This document shows, one piece after another, positions 15,549 through 29,560 of a DNA stretch of 64,000 nt. The number at the start of each line of letters is the position of its first letter. The first letter of the stretch is position 1. Origin of the DNA: Eledone cirrhosa (lineage: Eukaryota); assembly GCA_964016885.1 (NCBI GenBank), contig OZ024740.1, forward strand, positions 246,388,001 through 246,452,000, in the 5' to 3' direction. The notes beneath the pieces were generated by a model. That model saw nothing but the letters and a program-made list of their open reading frames with translations. It was not told where the DNA came from and did not search any database. The translations under genes were made by a program, and so were the position numbers.

Positions 15549-15615
15549 GATGGCTGCCCCCTCGTTATCGAGTATGGCCATTGCACAATAAAAAAAAAAA
15601 AAAAAAAAAAAAAAA

Positions 15616-15691
<76 letters not shown>

Positions 15692-15763
15692 TAATAATAA
15701 CGACAACAACAATAATAATATACATATTCATATATATATACACACACACGCACGCACATAAGC

Positions 15764-15801
<38 letters not shown>

Positions 15802-18800
15802 GATAGCAACTAACAGTGCTGCGATCGAATGTGGCTTTTTAGCCCAGCCAATGATCCAAAATGTCTTGCACAGAGTCGGCAACCAAAACATTTACTGGGA
15901 ATAGTCGGCTGTGGTTGGAGTTCGTTGTACTTTTGCATGTCGCTTGAGTCCTCCTGCTGATTTACATTCTCTACCACATGTTTGGCAAGCATGATGAGTA
16001 GCATCTCAACAGCAGCCTGGTAGTCAAACCACTGGTCTTACTTTATGACTGCGAAGATGACTTTCGAGTCCAGCTTTGCTTAGGCAGAGTCTCGCACAGA
16101 CGCTGCATGTCAGAAACATAGGAGGACCCTCGCCGTCTGGAAGTGCAACAGCAATACCCTTCCTCACGTCCCGCTTTACTTTCTCGTGTGCGATTCGAGA
16201 TGCCTCAAAGGCAACTTTTCCCTCATATACAGTCTTTCTCCATTTATTACGATCAGCAGCAATATTTTCCCATGTATCAGCAGAGATGTTAGCGTCTTTC
16301 AGAGAGGCCTTCAAGGAATCCTTATACCTCTTTTTTGTTTATGTGGCGGTCGTTTTCCTTTAACCAACTCTCATAGAAGAGTTGTTTTGGTATTCTAGAA
16401 TCCTTCATCCTGGCAAGGTGACCACTCCAACGGAGTCGCTGCTTAAGCACAAGAGCTTCTATACTGTCACACATAGAGCTTTCCAAAATCTCGACATCAC
16501 TGATGTGGTCCCTCCAGCGAACGCCATGTATCCGTCTGAGACACATCTGATGGAAACGCTCCAATTGCTTAAGGTGGCGTCGATATGTGACCCAGGTCTC
16601 GCAGGCATAAAGAAGACAAGAGAGTACACATGCCCTGTACACCTTTACCTTTGTCCTCCTGCATATGTCTCGCCGACCCCAGAGTCGCCTTTCTAGCTTT
16701 CCGAAAGCATCACTTGCTTTCCTAATCCTAAGTGAGATTTCACTGTCAAGGTTGCCGTATCGATTGACAGTGCTTCCCAGGTAGACAAACTGATCAACCA
16801 CTCCAAGTCGTTTGCCATACACATAGATGTTTGGTTCAGTGTACTGCCTACCAGGTGCAGGTTGGTACATGACGACGGTTTTCTTGAGACTGACAGTCAA
16901 ACCCAGGGCAGTGCAAGCGTCAGAAAATACATTCAAAATGTGCTGCATATCACTCTCTGTGTGCGCTACAAGATCGCAATCATCTGCATACAAGAGGTCT
17001 CTTATGACTGATGTAAATACTTTTGTCTTCGCAGCAAAGCGCCTGATGTTAAATATGCTGCCTGAGGTTCGATATCGGATGTAAACACCATGCTCGCAAT
17101 TCCTGAATGCAATACAGAAAACCATTGCAAAGTATATGGCAAACAGGGTCGGTGCTGGAATATCCCCCTGTTTCACTCCATTTTTTACTGAGATAGGCTC
17201 CGACACGTTACCTCCGACATTAACCCAAGCCTTCATGTCGTCATGGAAAGACCTAACTAAAGCAAGGAACTTATCAGGGCAACCAAGCTTCTGGAGAACC
17301 TTCCATAATGCATCTCTGTTGACAGTATCGAAAGCCTTTGTCAGATCGACAAAAACCTGATACAGATCCAAGCCCTGTTCAATACACTTCTCCTGGAGCT
17401 GTCTAGCTGAGAAGATCATATCAGTAGTGCCGCGTCCAACACGAAAACCAGATTGACTTTCAGGAAGGACACAATCTGCAATGTGTGTCAGCAGACGGTC
17501 CAGAAGCACCCTACATAAAACTTTCCCCACGACAGAAAGCAATGATATACCTCTGTAGTTCCCACAATCATTCCTGTTACCCTTTCCCTTGTACAAGACC
17601 ACCATTACTGCATCTCTCCAGTCCTCAGGCACGGATTCATTAGCCCATATCCTTCCAAACAGAGAGTGAAGATGTTGCAGGAGTCTCTCACCACCATATT
17701 GTAGGAGCTCAGCATGTATGCCATCCATACCTGGAGATCTTCCACTGTTCAGCTTCGAAATAGCCACTGCAACCTCCACAAGTGTCGGAGGCTCTGCGAG
17801 AGCTACTTTCACAGGACTTTCCGGAATGAGATTGAGGAAATCTTCACTGACGACAGACGGCTGATTCAAAAGATCATCAAAGTGCTCCCGCCACCTTCGT
17901 AGAATTCCCTGTGAGTCACGAAGAAGTTCTTTGCCATCCCTGCTGCGAATCGGTGTCACCAGAGAAGAAGACGGTCCATAAACCTCACGCAAGAGACTGT
18001 ACAACAGCTTTGTGTTATTGCAATCAGACGCAGTTTGTATCTCACCAGCCTTCTCACTCCACCACTGATCCTTCATCTGAGAAAGACTCCGCCTAACACG
18101 TGATTTTACATCCCTGAGCTCCTCATGCAACGTATTCCTCTCCTGTGGTCTTGCCGTCAAGTAGCGTGACAGAGCGCGCCTCTTATCAGCCAACAAGTCA
18201 TCTATATGCACATCTTTCTCATTAAACCAGTCCTGATGTTTTCTCTGCACCAATCCCAGAACACGTCTGCCTACATCATAAACCGACTTTTTAAGGGTCG
18301 GCCAATCCTCACCAAGATCTGCAGCCTGCATCTCTTCTTCCAATGTCCTCTTCACATTTTTATCCTTAAGACGAGCAGCATTCAATCTTTTGGGCAGGGT
18401 AACACCAGGAGCCCGGATTTTACGTTTGGTGATTAGATTCACTTTTGCGCGTACCAGGCGGTGGTCCGTCCAGCACTCAGCTCCACGAAGAACACGAACA
18501 CACCGCACATCCTGTCTGTCACGCATCCTGACTAGGACGTAGTCCAAAAGATGCCATTCCTTAGATGCAGGATGCATCCATGTGGTCTTGAATTTGTTCT
18601 TTTGTTGGAACATGGTGTTGGTAACACACAGATCCAGCTCCTCACACATCTGCAGCAAGAGCATACCATTGCTGTTACACTTTCCCACCCCATGCCTTCC
18701 GATTACATTCCATGTGTTAAAATCCCTACCCACTCTAGCATTAAAGTCACCAAGCACGATGACTTTGTCTGCCTGAGGGATATTTCTTAAAACACCTTTC

Positions 18801-19305
18801 AAGGCATGGTAAAAGGACAGTTTTTCTTCATCGACAGAATTCATAGTTGGAGCATACACACTCACCAGGGTAGCATATCTTCCCTTGTCCAGCGGAACTC
18901 TCATGGACATAAGACGCTCACTAATCCCCACTGGGAATTCTTCCAATTTATTCACCAGTACAGTCTTAACAGCAAATCCTACCCCAGCCTCTCTTCTGGT
19001 TCCTTCATCTCTTCCTTTCCAGAAGAATGTATATTCTCCACAAAATTCCGTAAGATGACCATCTCCAGCTAACCTCGTCTCAGACAAAGCCACGATGTCA
19101 AGATCGTAACGTCGAAGCTCCTTCGCAACAAGAGCAGTCCTTCGTTCAGGACGCTCCAAAGAATCCCTGTCAAGCAGCGTCCGTACGTTCCAGCAGCCAA
19201 GACTAAATGCCCTGTTTGGCTCTATTACAATGGCACGATGACGGGCGGGCCCAGGTTGTGATAACTTGGGGCCCCTGCCCTTATTGCCAATGATCTTTTT
19301 TGTTC
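15549..19305 (-). mobile_element. Near full-length RTE-clade LINE with C-terminal C2H2 fingers
   Basis: APE+RT ORF, frameshift near 16370, then fingers CSVCARLC..HLRSH, CQTCGREC..HAKV and CRLCARHF..HIRS; flanked by a ~139-bp direct duplication. Confidence 0.92.
16322..19290 (-). CDS. RTE ORF: AP endonuclease + reverse transcriptase
   Basis: [77 protein letters not shown]. The annotated extension to 21826 is microsatellite. Confidence 0.93.
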
Positions 19306-19852
19306 CATATATACATATATATATACATATACATACATATATATATACATATATATATACATATACATACACATATACATACATATATATATACATATAT
19401 ATATACATATACATACATATATATATACATATATATATACATATACATACATATATACATACATATATATAAACATATATATACACATACATATATATAT
19501 ACATATATATATACATATATATACACATACATATATATATACATATATATACACATATATATACACATATATATATATACATATATATACATATATATAT
19601 ATACATATATATACATATATATATACATATATACATATATATATACATATATACATATATATATACATATATATACACATATATATACATATATATACAC
19701 ATATATATACATATATATACACATATATATACATATATATACACATATATATACACATATATATACACATACATATATATATACATATACATACACATAT
19801 ATATACACATATATATATATACACATATATATATATACATATATATATATAC

Positions 19853-19892
<40 letters not shown>

Positions 19893-20022
19893 ATATATAT
19901 ACATATATATATACACATATATATACACATATATATATATACATATATATATATACATATATATATATACATATATATATACACATATATATATATACAT
20001 ATATATATATATACATATATAC

Positions 20023-20053
<31 letters not shown>

Positions 20054-20076
20054 CATATATACATATATATATATAC

Positions 20077-20107
<31 letters not shown>

Positions 20108-21830
20108 CACATATATATATACATACATATATATATACATATATATATACATACATACATATATATACATATATATATACATACATACATATATATACAT
20201 ATATATACATATATATATACATACATATATATACATATATATATACATACATATATATATATATATATACATACATACATATATATATACATACATACAT
20301 ACATATATACATACATACATACATACATATATACATACATACATACATATATATATACATACATACATACATACATATATACATACATACATATATACAT
20401 ACATACATACATATATATATACATACATACATACATACATATATACATACATACATATATACATACATACATATATACATACATACATACATATATATAT
20501 ACATACATATATATATACATACATATATATATACATACATATATATATACATACATATATATATACATACATATATATATATACATACATACATATATAT
20601 ATACATACATATATATATACATACATATATATATACATACATATATATATACATACATATATATATACATACATATATATATACATACATATATATATAC
20701 ATACATACATACATACATATATATATACATACATATATACATACATATATACATACATATATATATATATACACATACATACACATATATATATACATAC
20801 ATATATATACACATATATATACACATATATATATACATACATATATATCCACATATATATATATCCACATATATATATATCCACACATATATATATCCAC
20901 ACATATATATATCCACACATATATATATCCACATATATATATCCACACATATATATATCCACATATATATATATCCACATATATATATATCCACATATAT
21001 ATATATCCACATATATATATATCCACATATATGTATATATACATATATCCACATATATGTATATATACATATATATATATCCACATATATGTATATATAC
21101 ATATATATATATCCACATATATGTATATATACATATATATATATCCACATATATGTATATATACATATATATATACATATATATACACATATATATATAT
21201 ACACATATATATATATACACATATATATATATCCACATATACATATATATATATATATACACATATATATATACATACCTATATATATACATATATATAT
21301 ATACACATATATATATACATACACATATATATATACATACACATATATATATATATACACATATATATATATATACACATATATATATATATACACATAT
21401 ATATATATATATATACACATATATATATATACACATATATATATATATATATACACATATATATATATATACACATATATATATATATACACATATATAT
21501 ATATATACACATATATATATATATATATACACATATATATATATATATATACACATATATATATATATACACATATATATATATACACATATATATACAC
21601 ACATATATATATATATACACATATATATATATATACACATATATATACACATATATATATATATATACACATATATATATATATATACACATATATATAT
21701 ATATATACACATATATATATATATATATACACATATATATATATACACATATATATACACATATATATATATATACACATATATATATACATACATATAT
21801 ATATACATATATATATATATATACATACAT
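19306..21830. repeat. Compound TA/TACA/TATCCACA microsatellite
   Basis: Direct reading. Confidence 0.97.
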
Positions 21831-21849
21831 CTTCATGACTGAACACAGG

Positions 21850-23360
21850 TGATGAAAGAGAGGAGTTGACCTCGACGGGATTTGAACTCAGAACGGAAAG
21901 ACCCGGAACGAATACTGCAACACATCCAACGCTCTACCGGCTCTGCCAATGTGTCGTCTATGCTAAAAATATACTTTCGCCAACTTAAATATACACCGTA
22001 TACTCGTTAAGCACGCACGGTTCAAAATATGTAATGGAAGTTTGATTTTAACCTGTAAATGTGAAATGACAATTTCATGACACACCTGTTTAATTTCAAA
22101 AGCACTGATACGTAATTAAATACAGCAAGACAAGGTATATTCGGCGCTCTGCCGATTCTCTCAAACAATCCACTGATCCCAAAATATTTTGTCAGACGTC
22201 GCTCTACCGGTTGTGAACCAATTAATCGATAATTGTTTCAAATATAGGCTCAAGGGAAAGAGTTTGTCGATTAAATCAACCGCCAGCACTTCACGGGTAC
22301 ATTATTTTATCGTTGAAAGTAAAACAAACACCGACGAGATTAGAACTTAGAATGTATAGAACCTGTACAAATACCACAGCGCCTTTTCTTTTCTTGACGC
22401 TCTAATGATTTTACCAATTCGCCGCTTGATTATGATTTCTAACATGGACGGTGGGTTGGCAGTATCGGTAGAGGGTCGGACGCCATGCTTTCCAGCATAG
22501 TTACATCCCTTTACGATCTGAGTTCAAATCCCGCCAAGGTTGACTTTGCCTTTCATCCTTACGGGGTCGATAAAAATAAAGTACCAGTAATGCACTGGGT
22601 ATTTGCTGGCCTTGTGCCTAAAGTAGAAACAATTATGATTTCTAACACACATAACTAGAAATTTCGAGGGCGAGACACACACAAGGCCAGCTATTTTGAG
22701 GGAGGGGAAGGTATTTAAAATTCGACCCTTCACATTACTGTCACTTTATTTTATCGACCATGTAAAGATGAAAGGCAAAGCTAACCTCGGCGGGATTTGA
22801 TCTCAAAACGTAAAGGGCCATAAACTATGTTGCACAGCATGTTGCCCGACGCTCTACCGATACTGCCAAATAATTAGTACATAATTGTTTCTACTTTTGG
22901 CACAAGGCCAGAAATTACCCCAGTATATTACTGGTGCTTTATTTTATCGACCCCATAAGGATGAAAGGCAAAGTTAACCTCGGCGGGATTTGAACTCAGA
23001 CCACAAAGGGCCCTAACTCTTTGCTAGAAAGCATGGCGTCAGACCCTCTACTGATACTGCCAATCGACCGAAGGTAGATTGGTTGTATCGGTAGAGCGTC
23101 GGACATGCTTTGCGGCATAGAGTTATGGCCCTTTAAATTCTCAGTTCAAATCCTGCCGAGCTTAGCTTTGCCTTTCATCCTTATGGTGTCGATAAAATAA
23201 AGTACCAGTAATGCACTGGAGTCGATTTAATCGACTTTCCCCTCCCCCCGAAATTGCTGGCCTTGTGCCTAAAGTAGAAACAATTATAATTATGATTAGT
23301 TATCTCGCAACATTTGTCACCCACATTTCCGGCCTTGTTGTTATGCTAGAAACAATTATT
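21850..23360. mobile_element. Cluster of at least 6 Nin-domain SINE copies in both orientations
   Basis: Repeated GAGTTCAAATCC..GCCTTTCATCC..GTCGATAAAATAAAGTACCAG (+ at ~22449 and ~23075) and its reverse complement (~21850, ~22290, ~22740, ~22885). Confidence 0.85.
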
Positions 23361-24394
23361 TGGATTTTTTTCTATCCGTTAATTTCTATTCAGAATTAAA
23401 GAGAAAAACAAAACGAAAACCATCAGAACTCTTTGTTCAATCGTCGGAAGTAGACGATATGGTGAAAAAGAAAAATACACACACACACACACATGCATTA
23501 AGCAAACACACCCGCAAATATGAGCACACACGTTCGTAGAATCTCATCCATACACATATATAGTCAGTTATACAAAGTTCTGTGTGCACTGTTATTTCAT
23601 TAACATGGATTAGCAACAAAAAATGTGTAAACGACTTGTTGTAAGTTAAGGAACTTCAGACAACCAGGTAACAACTTCGGTGGACATTTTGAATATAAAT
23701 CTTTAAATCATATATATATATATATATATACTCTGTGCGTGTGTGTAAAATAAGCCGGTATGTAAAAATTGATTGGAGTTGTGGTATATAATTACATTCA
23801 AATTACAGGTAAAAAGCAACAAACACACCTTTTAACGAGCAGGATTATTAGTCAAATAAGAATATATAAAGTTTCTTTTCGACTCTGAACTAGAAAAGCA
23901 GCAAGTAAATAAGTAGAGCGAACGAAGATTTATCAAAACCCTTTTAAAATTCTGTCAGTTTTTTCTTATCTAAATGTACCGCCCATCGATTTTTTAAATA
24001 TTTAATCTATCGCAAAACGACCAACACAATAATACTAATAATGAAAAATGAAACATACCTTTCTTATTTGTAAATTTACTAATTTAAACAGGAAAGTATT
24101 TCTCTATATACACTGAATTTGCAGGTTAAGTAATTTTGAATTCTCCATCAGGTGTCCACGTGAGCACAAAAGCTGTGACGTACACACATTAGTACACAGG
24201 ATTACCTGTTGCTGGTTTTGTCGCAACTTATTTCAATAGCTTGACAGGTAAGACACACACAAAAAGTAGCTAGCTGGTCGTTCAACTTGCTTGCTTTTAC
24301 AATAGGTGACAAACAATATAGTGATGTAACAGCAAGAGCAGACAGTTAATTATTATTTCTCTTGTGAAGGAAAGGATGGATGCAATCGTGTGTG

Positions 24395-24500
24395 CAGTCG
24401 TATTAAGCTCGAGTGTTCGATTCTTTGCGGCATTTTGTCCTTCAACAAGACACTTTATTCCACAATGCTCCAATCCACAAAGCTAGCAAAAGAGAGTTGT
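24395..24500 (+). mobile_element. CORE-SINE fragment
   Basis: GTTCGATTC..TTGTCCTTCAACAAGACACTTTATTCCACAATGCTCCA resembles the SINE at 7780-7953. Confidence 0.55.
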
Positions 24501-24782
24501 GCGTGGCTAGATGTACGTATCTCCGACACAAATCAAATATATTTCGCGACACCACAAAGGGAAATCTTAAAACATCTATCTATATAATACTAAAAGTCTG
24601 TGATTGCTTGCTTGTCTGTAATGTAATACAGCCAAAAGGGCGCATAATGGGAAAATACTTTGAAAGGAAGTTGCCCCTGAAATGGGAATACAAATGGAAT
24701 AAAACAAGTGCTTGCAGTTGAAGTGTACATTTAGTGTCCGGTTCAAAATCCATTTTGAATGAATGCAGAAAGGTGCAGCCCC

Positions 24783-24860
<78 letters not shown>

Positions 24861-25040
24861 TCTGAGTTTTTCGAATATTAATAATAACATTCGATTCGTT
24901 TGCAATTATGCAAACAAGCCTCATTTTTATAGCCATGTCAGTAGAATGAACACTTCATTTTTGCTCTTGTGTTGGCATGTAAACAGAACTGCAGACACTA
25001 ATGTTTCTGGGTATCACCCTTCATCAGTACAGCTCACTGT

Positions 25041-25298
25041 ATCAGACAGCTAGTATTTGAACAGAAAAAAAAAACAGATAAAAAAAACAACATAATGATG
25101 GAATAAAGCTTACTTCTGTTATTTCTATTTTTTTATATGCCCAGTGCTGGAATTTGGTGTTGTTTTCTCATAAGCTACCACTGCTTTGAGAAAACAATAC
25201 CAAATTCCAACACTGAACATATAAAACAGAAGTAAGCTTTATTCCATCCTTATGTTTTTTCTGTTTTTTTTTTTCTTTTCAAATTCTAGCTGTCTGAT
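25041..25298. repeat. Imperfect foldback (~120-bp arms) abutting a hammerhead
   Basis: ATCAGACAGCTAG...TTTTCTCA pairs with TGAGAAAA...CTAGCTGTCTGAT. Confidence 0.8.
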
Positions 25299-25347
25299 GA
25301 GGTCATATCTGTTGTATAATAGTTACCACCGAAATATATATAACAGC
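25289..25347 (+). ncRNA. Type I hammerhead ribozyme
   Basis: GCTGT CTGATGA GGT...ACC GAAA TATATA TA ACAGC, followed by AATAAA. Confidence 0.8.
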
Positions 25348-25854
25348 GACTATGAATAAACGAGGTTAATTTTAACCTGTTGACTTATACTTCTTGTTTA
25401 TAAATATACTCCGGACTAAACAGACCTACCTGTTCACTTCGTCGAGTGCTCTACTCTGCATACTGAAGTGTCGGTAATTAACCAACACACACTCGAATTG
25501 ATTATATATATATATATGTAAATACATATTTAGGTGTTTAGGTTTAAGTAGGAGATATTTAATATATCAATATGCCAAAATGTTGTTTCTTGTAATCCGA
25601 AGAAATTCTATTGCAGTGTCAATTTTATAATACTCATTGCGTAAGTTGATCTTTTTTTGTGGGATTAGAAATCTTTTCTTCTTCTGTAAACCTGTTTACA
25701 ACCTAAAGTAACCGTAATTGAATATGATAAAAATAAATTAGTCCTCTGAAAGAGTCATTCACGCACATGCATATATGTATGTATATACACACAAACACAC
25801 ACACTTAGTGGTTAGCCCCAATTGAACCCGAGACTCATATATATGTATGTATAG

Positions 25855-26778
25855 GAACCTAACAGCCACTCTCTCCTTGTCCGGCATTCCTTTCGCTGCA
25901 TCTCCTCCAGCCTTGTCTACGGGCTTCGCTGCACGAAATGCGGTGTGACCTATGTCGGACAGATGAGAAGCCGTCTGGCCGACCGGTTCGCCGGGCACCT
26001 CCGCCTCGGCTCGTGCTCCCCCATCGCTCGACACCTGCTCAGCCGGGCATTCCACTCGCAACTTGACCGTCTGCGACCTGATAGAGTGCCCTGGAACCCC
26101 GGATGCCCGACTGAAGGTCGAGAAACGCACGATTTTCCGACTTCAGACATGCATCATCACCGGTTTGAACTCCCCACCCTATTTTCTTTAGCCTCCCCAC
26201 ACCCCACGACTGACACCACTAAACCACCATCGACCACCACCAACCCCTACCTACCACTAACTTTATTAACCTACCTAACCTACCTCCTCTTGCCTCCACC
26301 CCACCATCCCCACATTACCCCGCTCACCCACACACAACAATGTACATACACACACACCCTTTACCCCTACTAACGCGCTAACCTCTTCCCCCCACATCAC
26401 CAACAACCCACTCGCACCTTCCTCTCTCATTTCACCCCCCGCCTACTATGACCCCTAACCTCTACCGACATACACCCACACTTCGCACGCCACTAACACA
26501 ACTACCCCACTCACCCCCTCCACCACCCTCTAACCTACTAATAACACCACCCACCCACATCCACTTACCAGTAACCGACTAATCTCCCCACCCAGTCCCC
26601 CCACATCCACACCGTCTCTGTTTTTTTTTTGTTGCTTCCTTCCCTAATAACTATACCTCGTAGTTATTAACGCACTGTGGTGAGATGTACTGTCTTTAAT
26701 GCGTCGAAACATCAGACCCACAGTAGACAGCCGAAGAGCGGGATTGTCCTTATGTTTGTGTTTCTCTTACGTTTTCTA

Positions 26779-26780
<2 letters not shown>
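25855..26780 (+). mobile_element. Decayed Penelope-like 3' end (GIY-YIG endonuclease, C-rich 3' UTR, broken hammerhead at 26674-26724)
   Basis: SFRCISSSLVYGLRCTKCGVTYVGQMRSRLADRFAGH; ACTGTGG-TGA-GATGTA..TGCGTC GAAAC..CCACAGT. Confidence 0.75.
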
Positions 26781-26825
<45 letters not shown>

Positions 26826-27178
26826 TAAACGGAATAGAAAATGCTGACAAATTGTTCACAGTTGAAAAATGGTTTAATTAGGAATAAAAGAGTATTAGTG
26901 ATTGTATGGGTTAGTATTCAGTTGTGGTTTTAAGTTTTTAAGTTTTTACCGGTTGCGCATTTCTAAATGCTTTTCAAAAATAATTTTGAGATAGAGTGTC
27001 CGTGCTGTTTGCTCTGATCTGATTAGTTTTGGGAATTCTACCTGTTACACCTCTATTCTTTTAACTATATATATATATATATATAAAGGTTTACATATAC
27101 ATAAAGTTATAGATATATATGCTGCAACCGGTCACTTTTAGGCTCTATGAAGAATTAATAAATTAAATAATCAGAGCA

Positions 27179-27752
27179 ATATATCATAAATCATGTCCTT
27201 AGAATTATTAGATAAAATATATACCATTTCCTCTTCCAATTAGCATAATTAACCATATAAAAAATCAATTAGACCAAGCTATAAGAAGAAAGGCTCTTAT
27301 GAAGAAATCTCCGACAAATAACCGAAAGTGGCCTCTTCGCGGTGGCCCCAATAGAGTATTTATCCAACATTTCGACAGCATGTAGAAACTGACTAAATAT
27401 ATCATCAACCATACACAATTAGGTGTAAAATTAAACTTAGAAGAAATGTGTACATACCGTAGATATGGAGATATAATTACGGTATGTACACATTTCTTCT
27501 AAGTTTAATTTTACACCTAATTGTGTATGGTTGATGATATATTTAGTCAGTTTCTACATGCTGTCGAAATGTTGGATAAATACTCTATTGGGGCCACCGC
27601 GAAGAGGCCACTTTCAGTTATTTGTCGGAGATTTCTTCATAAGAGCCTTTCTTCTTATAGCTTGGTCTAATTGATTTTTTATATGGTTAATTATGCTAAT
27701 TGGAAGAGGAAATGGTATGTATTTTATCTAATAATTCTAAGGACATGATTTA

Positions 27753-27760
<8 letters not shown>
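27179..27760. repeat. Near-perfect long palindrome (~283-bp arms, 16-nt spacer)
   Basis: 27179-27461 is the reverse complement of 27478-27760; I saw only about 2 mismatches. Confidence 0.92.
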
Positions 27761-27801
<41 letters not shown>

Positions 27802-27899
27802 GATAGCCACCCACCCAACCTTTACCACCGCACACAGACATATATATATATATACATATATACATGTAGATACTTACATACATACATGGAGACATACTT

Positions 27900-28100
27900 C
27901 ATCATCATCATCATCATCACTTTTTAATGTCTATTTTTTATGCTTCCATGGGTTAGACGGCTGTCCCGTGTTGAGGCCAGACTGGTCAAGTGACTAGGTC
28001 CTGTTCATACACTTTGTTTTAGTTTGTTTTCTACGATTGGATGCCCTTCTTAACGTCAGCCACTTTACAACATATACTGGCAACACAGATTCTTGTGACA
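27900..28100 (-). mobile_element. RTE/SINE 3' tail fragment
   Basis: (CAT)n then TTTAATGTC..TGCTTCCATGGGTT..GGATGCCCTTCTTAACG, similar to 7605-7740. Confidence 0.55.
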
Positions 28101-28567
28101 CAAACCGAAGCCGAGATTTTGCCTACCCTCCTCTCTCTACATATATATATATATATGCGGACGCGCAGGCACACACACACGCACATATATATATATGCAT
28201 ATATAGAAGAGATTGAGCAAGAGTGGCAGAGAGATGTGGGAAAACGGAATAGTCTCTATATAAGCTGAGACACCAGGGGAAGAGAAGCTTAGTGTGAAAG
28301 TTCGTATTCACTCAACCATTTCACCTTTATTTGTATAAATTGACCTGCAGCAAGTTTATGTTCCTTTTAAGAATACAAAGAAAAAGTATATCAACAATGG
28401 CAACTACATAGTCATCATCACCACCGCCACCACCACCGCCACCACCACCGCCACCACCACCACCAACAACAACAACAACAGCAACAGCAACAACAACAAC
28501 AACAAGCGGAACAATAACGACAATTACGAGAACCTCGAATAACCTTCATAAATAATTGCACCAAGTA

Positions 28568-29560
28568 CAGCAACAACAGCAGCAATAACTGCAGCCACAG
28601 CAGTAGCAGCAACAACAGCAGCAATAACTGCAGCCACAGCAGTAGCAGCAACGACAGCAGCAACAACTGCAGCAACAGCACCAATAACTGCAGCCACAGC
28701 AGTAGCAGCAACGACAGCAGCAACAACTGCAGCAACAGCACCAATAACTGCAGCCACAGCAGTAGCAGCAACAACAGCAGCAACAACTGCAGCAACAGCA
28801 CCAATAACTGCAGCCACAGCAGTAGCAGCAACGACAGCAGCAACAACTGCAGCAACAGCACCAATAACTGCAGCCACAGCAGTAACAGCAACGACAGCAG
28901 CAACAACTGCAGCAACAGCACCAATAACTGCAGCCACAGCAGTAGCAGCAACGACAGCAGCAACAACTGCAGCAACAGCACCAATAACTGCAGCCACAGC
29001 AGTAGCAGCAACGACAGCAGCAACAACTGCAGCAACAGCACCAATAACTGCAGCCACAGCAGTAGCAGCAACGACAGCAGCAACAACTGCAGCAACAGCA
29101 CCAATAACTGCAGCCACAGCAGTAGCAGCAACGACAGCAGCAACAACTGCAGCAACAGTACCAATAACTGCAGCCACAGCAGTAGCAGCAACGACAGCAG
29201 CAATAACTGCAGCCACAGCAGTAGCAGCAACAACAGCAGCAATAACTGCAGCCACAGCAGTAGCAGCAACAACAGCAGCAACAACTGCAGCAACAGCAGC
29301 AATAACTGCAGCAACAACAGCAGCAACAACTGCAGCAACAGCAACAATAACTGCAGCAACAACAGCAGCAACAACTGCAGCAACAGTACCAATAACTGCA
29401 GCCACAGCAGTAGCAGCAACAACAGCAGCAACAACTGCAGCAACAGCAGCAATAACTGCAGCAACGACAGCAGCAACAACTGCAGCAACAGCACCAATAA
29501 CTGCAGCCACAGCAGTAGCAGCAACAACAGCAGCAACAACTGCAGCAACAGCAGCAATAA
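28568..29560. repeat. Trinucleotide-derived 60-bp minisatellite (CAG/CAA-rich)
   Basis: CCAATAACTGCAGCCACAGCAGTAGCAGCAACGACAGCAGCAACAACTGCAGCAACAGCA repeats in register every 60 bp from 28621 to 29160, with shuffled sub-units beyond. Confidence 0.95.

Noticed and set aside
24152-24247. Possible host exon (CATCAG|...CAG|GTAAG)
   Set aside because: Stop codons in all three frames; no other support.
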